Below, piece after piece: positions 51,660 through 61,498 of a DNA stretch of 64,000 nucleotides. The position numbers were made by a program, and so were the translations under genes. A model generated the notes under the pieces. That model searched no databases and was not told the origin of the DNA. It saw nothing but the letters and a program-made list of their open reading frames with translations. This DNA is from an uncultured delta proteobacterium (lineage in GTDB: Bacteria; Desulfobacterota; Desulfomonilia; Desulfomonilales; Desulfomonilaceae), in assembly GCA_963789265.1 (NCBI GenBank), contig CAWBKB010000006.1, positions 1 through 64,000 of the forward strand, written 5' to 3'. Within the stretch, counting starts at the first letter, position 1; every line of letters starts with the position of its first letter.

Positions 51660-51846
51660 CATAGGCGTTAACTTACCCCGCGAAACGCGGAGTTCCCCCC
51701 TTTCGTAAAAGGGGGCCAGGGGGGATTTTGGGATAACTACTTGAAAATCCCCCTCAATCCCCCTTTAGAAAAGGGGGACTTTGATCTCCCTCGGCCTGCA
51801 CGGACCTCCTGAAAAGGAACGAAATTGCCTTAAGTTAACGCCTATG
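51660..51846. mobile_element. MITE family 1, copy 3 (inverted)
   Basis: CATAGGCGTTAACTTA ... TAAGTTAACGCCTATG; the interior is the reverse complement of 8683-8860. Confidence 0.85.
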
Positions 51847-51950
51847 CGCTGCTCGCTGGATAACCAGATACTACGAGAGCTGCTTTCGCCAAGGCATCAT
51901 CCCGCCCCGTGAAAATTAAGTGTGGTGTCCCCAGAATTCGCCGGGTCTTG

Positions 51951-52475
51951 TCAAAAATCAAGGATTTCCGAAAGCTCTATTCCGAATCGTCGCCTCAGGT
52001 AGAGGTTTATGAATTCCATGATGGTGGGCTTGAACGGTTTGCGCACGAGGTACATGCTTGCTTGTCTGGGGGTGCGGCCCCCCTTCCTGATGTTACAAGC
52101 ACGGCAACAGGCCACTACATTGGTCCATTCGTTAGCTCCCCCTTGGACCTTCGGAATGATGTGGTCGATGGTGAGATCGCCCGAAGTGAACTCACGTCCG
52201 CAATATTGGCACAGATGAGAATCGCGGACGAGGATGTTCTTCCTGGAAAAAGGGACTTCGCGTCTATAGATCTGCCGGATGAACTTGATGAGGCGGATTA
52301 CCGCGGGAATCCGAAAGGTCCGGGTCACGGTTCGGACAATCCTGTCGGATTCCTTCACCACTTCCACTTTCCCGTTGAACAGAAGCAGCATAGCGCGTTG
52401 CCATGAAACCAACCCTATAAATTCATAGCCCGCATTCAGGACTATGACCGCCTCCATGGATGACATCTGGTACAT
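51951..52475 (-). CDS. HNH endonuclease (standalone, McrA-like)
   Basis: VLNAGYE, PAVIRL, RD..CQYCG, TIDHIIP..GG..WTNVVACC..CN.RK. Confidence 0.93.
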   Translation of the reverse strand: MYQMSSMEAVIVLNAGYEFIGLVSWQRAMLLLFNGKVEVVKESDRIVRTVTRTFRIPAVIRLIKFIRQIYRREVPFSRKNILVRDSHLCQYCGREFTSGDLTIDHIIPKVQGGANEWTNVVACCRACNIRKGGRTPRQASMYLVRKPFKPTIMEFINLYLRRRFGIELSEILDF

Positions 52476-52606
52476 GCCTCTCTACCTGGGAAATCATAAG
52501 ATTTATCCATTCGGCAATATCTATCGTTTAACAAAGCTCCGGAAGCTGTGTCAAGCGGAAAGGACAGCCCCGCGCAGGGGAAAACCCGTACCGGCCGCAG
52601 CCGGGC

Positions 52607-52795
52607 TCAAGAGGATTCCAGAATAATACGATGGCCGGTGAGGTCCATTTCACGAAGGCGGGCCTCCAGCACGGTTTGCTCCCCGAAAATGCTCCTGAGC
52701 AGTATCTTGCCGCCCTGTGGCTGCACGAAATCGACACTTTCCATCACTAGCTGCTCTTCGCCGTCCTTTATCAGGTACGCGTTGGATTCACACAT
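52607..52795 (-). CDS. CooT family nickel-binding protein
   Basis: MCESNAY..., L.SIFGEQ and H.IIL pattern. Confidence 0.85.
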   Translation of the reverse strand: MCESNAYLIKDGEEQLVMESVDFVQPQGGKILLRSIFGEQTVLEARLREMDLTGHRIILESS

Positions 52796-53297
52796 TGATT
52801 TGACCTCGACAAAACTAGCGTCTCACACCATTTCGCTTTCAAGCAAGTGACACCGCGTTTTCAATGGGGGCGGGTCTCAAACCCGCCCCTACTTGTCTTC
52901 ACGCCCGCGTACACGGAACCTGCAATCACCGGCGGAGATGTCGGCGCTACCGGACCCGTCATGCCCGCCTACCGTGGATGTGAAGGGGCGAATGGCATTC
53001 GCCCGAGGCGATCTCGCGTCTCACGGGATGCCCCTGCCCCCCCTTACGAATGGGGGGAATCCAGCGTCCCGGGGCTAAGTTAGCGTCTATGCGGTCGGGG
53101 TCCAAGGTGACGACATGCAAATCCGCCCGCGCGGGATGTCCCGCCGGAAATGCCGTGTCACTTGTCTGACGCGGATCGGTCTCAACTATCTTCTTTTTTA
53201 AGCATCCCGGAAGAAAAGCCAAGCTCCGGTGCTGTCAGGCGCGCAGTCTTTTTTCCTCGGAGCACTTCAGATATAATAATAACCAAAGTCACGCCTA

Positions 53298-54673
53298 ATG
53301 AAAATCAGTGCCGTGGAAAGATTCAACGAAACGCTCCCCAAAACCGTAAGAGAGCCCAAGTGTGTTCTCGCTATCGGCAGATACGAGATTCTAACCACCT
53401 TGGGCCGTGGAAACATGGGAGAGGTCTTCCGAGCCAAGATTCCCATGATCGGCCGTTTAGTCGCGCTGAAGACCCGCCGCTTCGATCTGGTCTACGAAGA
53501 GAAGGACCTCAAGTACAGTTACCGACAAGTTTTTCGAGGAAGCACGGATCGCGGGGAATTTGGTTCACCCGAACATTGTCACCATTTATGACGTAGGCCG
53601 CGACGGAGACTATTGCTTCATTGCGATGGAACTCCTGGAGGGGGAGAACCTCACCCTGTTCAACAAGGAAGACATGCTGCTCCCACCCGCCAAAGTGGTG
53701 GACCTGGTGAAGAAAATTTGTATTGCCCTAGATTTTGCACATTCCAATAACGTAATCCATCGGGACATCAAACCGGCCAATCTCATGTTCACCCGCGACG
53801 GAAGAATCAAGATAACAGACTTCGGCATTGCAATGGCGGTCCGGACAGACCATTCCAGTGACTTTCAAGTCATGGGTACACCCAGCTACATGTCCCCGGA
53901 ACAGACCAAAGGCCTGAATCTCACCAAACAGACGGATTTTTTTTCCCTGGGAATAGTGCTCTTCGAATTGTTAGCCGGCAGGCGACCGTTTCACGGGCGA
54001 ACACTCTACGAACTCATGGACAACATCCGGTACGCTCCTGCGCCATCCATCCTGAGCTTCAACTCCAAACTGCCCGCGGGCCTCGATCAGGTAATTCAGA
54101 GGTCCCTGGAGAAGGAACCCGAACTCAGGTACAGAACGGGGCAGGAATTCGCAGAGGAACTCGACAGGGCTATGAAAGGTATGCAAATTCCCGTGAGAGA
54201 CCTCAAGGCTACCAAGAAAGCGTACCTTCTCAAAGCTATTGATTTCTTCAGGTCTTTCAGTCGGGTGGAAATAGAGGATGTGGTGCAGTTCGGGACCTTC
54301 ATCCGTTACGAATCGGGCCAGGTGGTTGTCAGAGAGGGGGATGTGGACACCACTTTTTTCGTTCTTCTCCGAGGCTCTGTGCGTGTCATCGAGAAACAAT
54401 AGAAAAATTGCCGACTTGCCGAAAGGTTCCTGCTTTGGCGAGATGGGCACGTTCACCAAGACTCCGCGCACTGCACACGTTATTGCTCGAGAATCTTGCA
54501 TCGTGCTGAAACTCGATCTCAAGGTCCTTGAACGAGAAAGCCCGGATCTCAAATTAAAGTTTTATCAGGTCTTCATTGAAACTCTTATATCTCGGCTCGA
54601 AGCCACCACGAAGCGCCTCAGCGGCGAAAGCAAGGGCTCCGGCGCTCAGAGCGAACCAATCGTACCTGCTTGA
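53298..54673 (+). CDS. Ser/Thr protein kinase with C-terminal cyclic-nucleotide-binding domain; two apparent frameshifts
   Basis: [38 protein letters not shown]; cNMP motifs VVREGD, CFGEM, PRTA across ORFs 53298, 53560 and 54278. Confidence 0.88.
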
Positions 54674-54890
54674 TTTTCCCTACACGCGTAATCCCCCGTT
54701 CCCCGCGGCAAAAATTGTCATTGCTGCAGGAAGTTGGATAAGCGAAAATTCTCCCGCGTAATCGAATGGTTACAACCACGCGGATTTCGGCCTTGCCTCC
54801 GGGGGGATGGCGTGCTATATATCAAAGGTTAATTGACCGCTATCCTGCCGAATGCCTCGGCCTAGTATTCTTAGTAAGGGAGATGCCCGC

Positions 54891-55073
54891 ATGACGATCC
54901 AATACTTCAAGAATATACGTGATCTCAATAGGTTTTTGAAGACAGCCTCCGTGGATCTTCCCCCGTCCCGCCTGAATGAAATAAAAACCAGAGCAAAGAA
55001 GAAGAAACCTTCCAGCTTCATGGTTTGGATCAACCCGTCCGGCCACGTCATCGATCTGTCCCTGAGGGTTTAA
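54891..55073 (+). CDS. Small basic hypothetical protein
   Basis: ATG after AAGGGAG; 60-aa frame. Confidence 0.4.
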   Translation: MTIQYFKNIRDLNRFLKTASVDLPPSRLNEIKTRAKKKKPSSFMVWINPSGHVIDLSLRV

Positions 55074-55451
55074 AGATTTTTCCCGCTCTGCTCGCGCTGC
55101 GCGTGCGGGGCAGGGCAGCTTCATCAGAAGCTCGCGAAATCGCAACCAACAGACGTAGCGAGCGCGCGAAACGCGGCTAATCGTGTCATTCGCATTCTTC
55201 TCGAGCGATACGCTTGCGCGCTGACCGCACGGGATCACTCCGCGGGGCGAGCGGTGCCGAGAACGCGGAGAAACGGAATCGGAATTAGGGGTTTTCGCGT
55301 AATCTTATGTCTAGGGCATCACGCTTAATTGGACTATCTTCAGCGGTTGCTTGGATGACATGAGACACATGTCAACCGTTTCGCGCGCATCAAGTCTTGG
55401 CAGTACGCCAGCAATCCTGCTTCATTTCCTTGAGGAGCTCAAATCCATCGT

Positions 55452-55787
55452 TCATGTACAAGTTCGCTTCAAATAATCGTTACACGTATGGCTATTCTGG
55501 TCCTCGAAAGAGGATGGTTCGCCTTCCGACCAGTTTGCTAGTTTTTCACATACCCAGTCCAGTATTTCGTTTGGAGATTCCTCAAAATCTGCACCTTCAA
55601 GACTTTCAATTTCTTCACGACTGACACCTAGAATCCCTGCCAGCGCTTCTTCTGACAAATCGTAGTGTTGCCTCAATTCGAATATCTTCAAACCAACGTC
55701 AATCCTTTTGCTTGCGTCGTCGAACCTTGCCTTCTTTTCGGGACTGTCGATTCTTTTCTTGATGGACTCCTCTAATGTCATGCTCAT
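55452..55787 (-). CDS. Xre-HTH antitoxin (HigA-like)
   Basis: IFELRQ..LSEEALAGILGVSREEIESLE helix-turn-helix; directly downstream of a RelE-like toxin. Confidence 0.75.
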   Translation of the reverse strand: MSMTLEESIKKRIDSPEKKARFDDASKRIDVGLKIFELRQHYDLSEEALAGILGVSREEIESLEGADFEESPNEILDWVCEKLANWSEGEPSSFEDQNSHTCNDYLKRTCT

Positions 55788-55817
55788 ATCGTTTTCCTTT
55801 TCCTATTTGCGTCCGGC

Positions 55818-56183
55818 CTAGGTTTCCATCCGTCTAAGAAAGTCGCGCATCCTTTTGCGGGCTAGCCTTTTTTCGTGATCTGGAACCTTATTGTCCTTCT
55901 TTTTGAACCCGTGACACACGACGGCTCGCCTTTCATAGTAAAAGAATATCAGTCTGTACCAAATTTTTCCATGTTCTATTCTCACATCGTACAGATCGTC
56001 TCCAAGGGAGCCAAAGAACTTGGTTCTGATCACCGTCGGGTCTTGTTCCAGTCGCTTAAGCAAATTTTCCAGTTTGTCAGCGGCTTTTGGGTCAATATCT
56101 TCCTCCAGCCATTCTCGTGCCGGGTGATTCCCCTGCTCAGTTTCATAGTATATGACTTCCAGGTCTCGGCGCTGTTGCATCAT
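55818..56183 (-). CDS. RelE/ParE (Gp49/HigB-like) toxin
   Basis: YYET..G.HP..EWL, LYDVR, YRLIFF and HGFKKK..K.P..E..A..R pattern. Confidence 0.88.
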   Translation of the reverse strand: MMQQRRDLEVIYYETEQGNHPAREWLEEDIDPKAADKLENLLKRLEQDPTVIRTKFFGSLGDDLYDVRIEHGKIWYRLIFFYYERRAVVCHGFKKKDNKVPDHEKRLARKRMRDFLRRMET

Positions 56184-56267
56184 GAATAGACTTTCTAAGA
56201 AGAATGGGATCTTAGCGTATCATGGCGTAAATTCTTGAATCAAGGGAAACCAGTCGAGGATTGTAAT

Positions 56268-56404
56268 CATTCACTTACGAGCGGTAAAGGACTGTCATTG
56301 CGAGCAAAGCGAAGCAATATCTTCCTTTAAACCCCACTTAGATTGCTTCGTCGTTTCACTCCTCGCAATGACAAGTTGCAGAAAATCCCCCGCATAAGTG
56401 AATG
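56268..56404. mobile_element. MITE-like family 2 copy with REP cargo
   Basis: CATTCACTTACG ... CATAAGTGAATG ends around GTCATTGCGAGC...CTCGCAATGAC. Confidence 0.7.
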
Positions 56405-56662
56405 GTTTCCGAGGATTCACGCTACAATCAGGACATACATCCTCGATGACCTCACCTGAAATAGCCAGACAGGTTTGGACTCCGCTTAACATGAATTGAT
56501 TATTCAAGGGAATAATTCCGCACAGAACTCCCTGGAACTTGTTTCGTAGAGGTTTATCTATTAAAAACAGAATATAATCTATGAAACAAATAAATTAGTT
56601 AATGGTCTACACACAGTAGCCGATGATAATAGGCAGTTAGTCGCTCCAACTTGGAGGTTGTC

Positions 56663-56851
56663 ATGGCTTCTGTATTTAAAGAATTTTCAGATACCTATAA
56701 AGAATTCCAAGTCAGGTTTCCACGTCACCCGCTAAACGAAGAGCTGCGCAGCCGCATATCGCGAGGCAAATTCCCTGGGGAGGATTGGCTGAAAATTCAT
56801 ATAAATAAGATGAAGGAACTCATGGCCCCGGTCTGGTTGAGACATAATTGA
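56663..56851 (+). CDS. Small hypothetical protein
   Basis: TTGGAGG RBS, ATG, AT-rich promoter-like region upstream. Confidence 0.55.
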   Translation: MASVFKEFSDTYKEFQVRFPRHPLNEELRSRISRGKFPGEDWLKIHINKMKELMAPVWLRHN

Positions 56852-56962
56852 CGGTGGCTACGCACGACGCAGCCGAACAGAATTCTCTGCGATCTCAGCG
56901 GTCAACTCTTACCTGAACGCGTGGAAACTTCATCAAGCTTCGAACAGGCCGATCCGGCTTGT

Positions 56963-58213
56963 CTATCCAATGACCATTCCCACAGCATACCGTGACACTT
57001 CTCCGGCAAGAGCAAGGCACGCACTCACCAGCCCAATCAAATCATTAAAAACGCGGGGCTTTGCACGCCGCGCGGCGGGAAGTGTCTCGCAGATTTTGTA
57101 GCTTGCATCATTTGCCAGGGAATAGCTTGAGTCGCTCATTCTGCGGTCCTTCATCAGGGCCATTAGGGTTCGATCAATCCGTGGAGCCAAACCCACGGGT
57201 ACTCGCGCCAATTCCTTCATAAGTGGCTTCATGTCGATCTGAGGCGCGGTCTGCCGGTGGGCCTCATCTTCGGACCCGGTATCGCCGCTCGGAATCGAAA
57301 GGGCCTGGAGGAAAGCATGATTCTCTCCCTTTTTAACCGCTTCATTGAGAATAAAGTGGACCACGGATTCGAAGAGCCAGTGCCGATTCTTCAGGTAATT
57401 TTCACTTTTCGCTGTAAATCGTCCGGGATTCGGATTCAAGAAGAAACGGACGAGAAGCGGCATTACGGGAGTCGGAAGGGCACGAGCGTGATATGGCTGC
57501 GTAAGGTCCTGCAAATAGTGCATGGCCCAAGAACCAAATCGCCATCCCCAGTAATCCGCGCCGTTCTCGAAAGCAAGCTCGGCCAAGGCGAAGAAGAGTT
57601 GGATTCTCTCCGCCATAAAGTTCCGACCCAGACGCGGCCAGATGGCCATTATAAGGCGGTTTTCATGCAAGAAGGCCATGTGAAACGCGGCCTGAGAACT
57701 TGGACCATGCTCTGAACCGAAGGGGCAAACACCGTAACCGTATCCCGCATTAGAGAAGAGGTCCTGATCCATGCCCCAGTCCGGCTCGTCGGAAAAGGTG
57801 GATAGGACCTCCCTTGCCTGGATGGCCTCTCCCTGTTCGGTCTTTACGTACATCCCGCCCGGTGGCCCGGCTCGAGACGGATCGTGCGGTGCGTCCGGCA
57901 ATATCTCTTCAGGTCTCAAAACTCTCACGTAGTGAACAGGCTGGTTTACATTCAGTTTAAAGGCGGTCAGGAAGTCGCGGGGCGTGAGGATCTCGCCCGG
58001 AATCCTGGGGCGCACGACCGTTTTTATAGCTGTTCCACGGACCTTGCGATCCAGCAGTCTGTTATGCCATTTGACCACTTCCTGCAGACGGTCCTTGGAC
58101 AGTGAGAGGAAAGTTTCCAGGGCCATGACCGGGACCGGCTCATTGAGCCGCGGCAGGTCAGAGGCACTCAACGCCGCGCGTGTTATAAGAGCATGGGTAT
58201 TCCAGGAGAGCAT
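56963..58213 (-). CDS. Zn-dependent phospholipase C / P1 nuclease fold protein with no signal peptide
   Basis: N-terminal WNTH, DEPDWGMD, FHM, HYLQDLTQPYH and H..FE motifs. Confidence 0.7.
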   Translation of the reverse strand: MLSWNTHALITRAALSASDLPRLNEPVPVMALETFLSLSKDRLQEVVKWHNRLLDRKVRGTAIKTVVRPRIPGEILTPRDFLTAFKLNVNQPVHYVRVLRPEEILPDAPHDPSRAGPPGGMYVKTEQGEAIQAREVLSTFSDEPDWGMDQDLFSNAGYGYGVCPFGSEHGPSSQAAFHMAFLHENRLIMAIWPRLGRNFMAERIQLFFALAELAFENGADYWGWRFGSWAMHYLQDLTQPYHARALPTPVMPLLVRFFLNPNPGRFTAKSENYLKNRHWLFESVVHFILNEAVKKGENHAFLQALSIPSGDTGSEDEAHRQTAPQIDMKPLMKELARVPVGLAPRIDRTLMALMKDRRMSDSSYSLANDASYKICETLPAARRAKPRVFNDLIGLVSACLALAGEVSRYAVGMVIG

Positions 58214-58217
58214 GTCG

Positions 58218-59309
58218 TTACGAAACTGCGGCATCAAGATAAGCCGCCAAATCTTGATCTGTTTCCATTCTCAGGCCCAGAGATTCTTGCCACACATGAG
58301 GAGATTCCATGCAGAGGTAAATCCTTGCATCCGGACAGTGCCTCCGTATGCTGCCCGCGAGGTGCCGGTAAATCTTGATGCGGCGATCCGAGTGCAAACG
58401 GCTTTTGCCATCCAAGCCCCTCAAAAAGCCATCATGAAAATAGGGGATTCGGCCGAAGCGTGCTCCGGCGATTTCCTTCAACTCCGGGACGAACCGCAGC
58501 ACTCCCATTGATATCCAGGCGATGGCTGACGGCCTCACGAGTTCAAAAATCTTCTCAATTGTCCGAGGATAGTCTTCTTCCCAGCCTGTAAGCGGGATTA
58601 TGGGATCGAAATGAAATCCGATCCTGTAGCCGCAGTCCTGAGCCCTCACGGCTGAAGCCAACCGCCTTTCCAACGGCGCGGCCCGTTTCTCTTCCCATTC
58701 GCTGACTGCCTTGGAGTTCACCGAGAAGCTGAGCACTACTCGGCCTTTGGGATCCACGTCAAGAAGGGGTTCGATGGAATCGGTTTTGGTCTTTATTTCC
58801 AAGCATGCACTCTTGCGCTCCGAAAAGAAATTCACCAGGGCCTGTGCCAGTCCTGTTGCGGGCTCGAGCGCGAGGGAATCGGTAAACTCTCCGGTGCAGA
58901 TACGGTGAAAGCGTTGTGGGCTGGACTCCAGATGCTTGCGCAGCGCCGTCAGCAGATCGTCCGTATTGACAAAAGCCTCCAGGACAGGCCGGTTGAAGTA
59001 TACCTGAAGCGCGCAATATCGGCATTCCATGGGGCATCCCTGGCCGATGTGGAGGATTTCCAGGCCGCAACATACATATTGTGGAGTGCCGGGACAGGGC
59101 TTCACAAAAGCCCCTTTATGCTTCATCAATCTCAGTATACGTTTGCCGCGCATCATCGGATCGGGTTCCAGATCCAGCGTACGCCTGGCAGCGGAGATCT
59201 CATCGCCGACGCAGACCTTGGCTTCCGGTAGCCGCCGCACGATCTCACTGGTCAAGGGGTAGCTTTGAGCGTCCTCGTCAATCCATATTTGTTCGATGCG
59301 AAATTTCAT
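58218..59309 (-). CDS. Spore photoproduct lyase (SplB)-like radical SAM protein
   Basis: CPMECRYC.LQ, GEFTDSLALE, EIKTK, RLASA, GFHFDPII and YLCME motifs. Confidence 0.88.
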   Translation of the reverse strand: MKFRIEQIWIDEDAQSYPLTSEIVRRLPEAKVCVGDEISAARRTLDLEPDPMMRGKRILRLMKHKGAFVKPCPGTPQYVCCGLEILHIGQGCPMECRYCALQVYFNRPVLEAFVNTDDLLTALRKHLESSPQRFHRICTGEFTDSLALEPATGLAQALVNFFSERKSACLEIKTKTDSIEPLLDVDPKGRVVLSFSVNSKAVSEWEEKRAAPLERRLASAVRAQDCGYRIGFHFDPIIPLTGWEEDYPRTIEKIFELVRPSAIAWISMGVLRFVPELKEIAGARFGRIPYFHDGFLRGLDGKSRLHSDRRIKIYRHLAGSIRRHCPDARIYLCMESPHVWQESLGLRMETDQDLAAYLDAAVS

Positions 59310-59491
59310 GGGTGCGTTTCATGGGATTTAAGACACGGTAATGTGATTGTAAAGATTCTCAGAAGCTGTGACTGGTATCGCATGGGATTTAGTGGGGATG
59401 GGCATCTTGCCCGTCCATCAATGACAGGCAGGATGCCCGTCCTACTGGGCTGAGGCCTCCCGAGAAGCGGGGTTCCGAGACCTGCAATCCC

Positions 59492-60466
59492 TCAAGACTT
59501 TGAGAGCCGCGATAACTTCAGCTCCGGATTTCCGTCTTGTCTCAGTGCGTTCAATATCCTCTGCGCTTCTTCTCTGGAATTTGTGCGGATCTCCACAGTG
59601 CATTCGCGACTCTCGAATCCCGGCACGGGTCGCACAAAAACCCCATCGGATTGAGGTAGCGTACTAAGCCACTGTCGAAATTCTTGTTCGCTCTTTGTCA
59701 GTTCAGGAAACTTCCAGGATCGGATCAGGCGCCGCAGGCGTGCAGCACGCTCCGGAACGGGAACATGTTTGTCTCGCACCATGGATTGAACCTCATCCTC
59801 CTTCAAAAACTCCAGGATGGGCCTGTTTTGAAAAACCGAGAGGTCGAAAAGGTGGCTAATCACCTCAGCGCTTTTGTTGGCATTCATCCCAAGCGCCTCT
59901 GTCAGTTCCGAGAGCGCTTTTTGCTCTCCTGGTGACAGTGAGGACAGAATGAAAGCGGTTTTCTCCTGGATGCGGCCCGTTGAAAGAGCTTTTAGAGAGG
60001 GATCATCCAACCCACCGATTGCTCTCAGCCTTTCCAAACGAGGCCCTTGGGCTGGAATCCCCAGCAATGGCAGAAAATCATCAGCAACAGCTTCCCTTGG
60101 AAATAAATCGAGAAGGCGCTTCACAACCACAGCGGTGGCAGCCACGTCAAATTTACGGTGACCGAGGTTGTCCCACAGAGCCAGGACATAGCCCTCGGCT
60201 TCAGACATTGGGCCCGCAACAACTCTCACTTCTATTTCCGGGAGATTCAATTGCCGTGCAGCTTGCAAACGACGCCTACCCAACATCGGGACCATTCGAC
60301 CGGATGCTCTTTCCTGTAATAGCGGAGGATTCAATACTCCCACATTTTCAACGGATTTTACCAGCGGGGCCAAGTCGGCAAAACAGGGGATGTAGTAGGT
60401 CCTGTCTCGGAGGTCAGCTTGGGCAGGGTCAAAAAGAGTGGTTTTGGTATCGAAGAGCCGTTTCAA
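59492..60466 (-). CDS. ParB/Srx N-terminal domain protein with helical C-terminus
   Basis: LVKSVENVGVLNPPLL, GRRRLQAA..L and N..R motifs. Confidence 0.75.
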   Translation of the reverse strand: MKRLFDTKTTLFDPAQADLRDRTYYIPCFADLAPLVKSVENVGVLNPPLLQERASGRMVPMLGRRRLQAARQLNLPEIEVRVVAGPMSEAEGYVLALWDNLGHRKFDVAATAVVVKRLLDLFPREAVADDFLPLLGIPAQGPRLERLRAIGGLDDPSLKALSTGRIQEKTAFILSSLSPGEQKALSELTEALGMNANKSAEVISHLFDLSVFQNRPILEFLKEDEVQSMVRDKHVPVPERAARLRRLIRSWKFPELTKSEQEFRQWLSTLPQSDGVFVRPVPGFESRECTVEIRTNSREEAQRILNALRQDGNPELKLSRLSKS

Positions 60467-61262
60467 TATACGTTTCTGCCTCCTCTTTCTTGCCTCTTTT
60501 CATACATCCCGAAGCGACGACATGGCACTTCCGGATAAGTTCCCGGATGGCTGCTTCCCGGTAAACATCACATAGTGACGGGTTCTCGAGGATCTTGAGT
60601 ATGGCAGAAATCCTGAACCGATCAATAGCCGGGGTCAAGTGAGACAGTTGGTCCTCTCGCCCCCCATGCTTGATCACCAGCCTATCCGGCACGAAGCCCA
60701 CGTCATGAAACGCCGTTACCCGGAGCCACAGATCGTAATCCTCCGCGGCAGGCAAGCCCTCGTCGAACCATCCTACACGATCCAGGAGGATTCGCGAGAC
60801 CATCACGGAAGACGGGCTTATGAGGCATCTTTCCAGGGCTCTGGGGAAAAATCGGCCCCCTTGTTTGCAATGAATCCCCTTTTGTGGAACCTCAATACCG
60901 TTTCTTAACCATAACTCATCGGTATGACATATAAAGTCAGGATTAGCCGCGTCAATAAGGTCAGTCTGCCGGGCAAGCTTCTCCGGCAGCCATTCGTCGT
61001 CGGAATCGAGGAATGCCAGAAAAGGTCCGGTTGAGCATTTGATGCCAAGATTGCGGGCCGCTGCGACTCCTCTGTTTTCCTGAAACAAGGGCTTGAGCTT
61101 GCCCTCGAATGTCTCCAGGATGTCAGCGGTGGAATCATCCGAGCCGTCATCCACAACAAGCAGCTCAAAATCGCTGAACGTCTGCCCGAGCACGGATTTG
61201 ATCGCCCGCGGCAACACTGAAGCTCTGTTGTACGTTGGAATGATTACGCTGACCAGAGGCAT
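60429..61262 (-). CDS. Glycosyltransferase family 2
   Basis: VSVIIPTYNR, VVDDGSDD, AARN.G, FLDSDD and EDYDLWLR motifs. Confidence 0.93.
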   Translation of the reverse strand: MPLVSVIIPTYNRASVLPRAIKSVLGQTFSDFELLVVDDGSDDSTADILETFEGKLKPLFQENRGVAAARNLGIKCSTGPFLAFLDSDDEWLPEKLARQTDLIDAANPDFICHTDELWLRNGIEVPQKGIHCKQGGRFFPRALERCLISPSSVMVSRILLDRVGWFDEGLPAAEDYDLWLRVTAFHDVGFVPDRLVIKHGGREDQLSHLTPAIDRFRISAILKILENPSLCDVYREAAIRELIRKCHVVASGCMKRGKKEEAETYIETALRYQNHSF

Positions 61263-61498
61263 CGCAGCCCGTCCCGAAAAAGCGCCGGATTCGCTAAAGG
61301 TATCATAGCCGGGCGTATTACTAACAGCGAAGAGCCGTAATTGACGTCATTGCACAAATGTAGTTGACGTCGAGCAGCAGTTGACAACGCACTGTCCATA
61401 AACATCTGGATGAAATGTGGGGCACGTCGTGATGCACTTCCGTGCCATACTGTATCGACATGGCATACGATGCCCGGTTAATGCGAGAGAAAGCTGTG

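Noticed and set aside
50873..52475. HNH gene plus the structured RNA as an IscB/omegaRNA-like RNA-guided system
   Set aside because: The 174-aa protein is a common standalone HNH with no RuvC or PLMP motifs. It is convergent with the RNA and separated from it by REP/MITE sequence.
1..54673. Frameshifts in the CoA ligase, livF, iorA, ClpX-like, rhodanese-fusion and kinase genes as pseudogenes or programmed frameshifting
   Set aside because: They are small indels scattered across unrelated genes whose motifs are intact, with no shared slippery site. Sequencing error is the simplest explanation; read polishing would settle it.
59492..60466. ParB gene as evidence for a plasmid or partition locus
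   Set aside because: No parA, parS-like palindrome or rep gene is visible, and the context is chromosomal.
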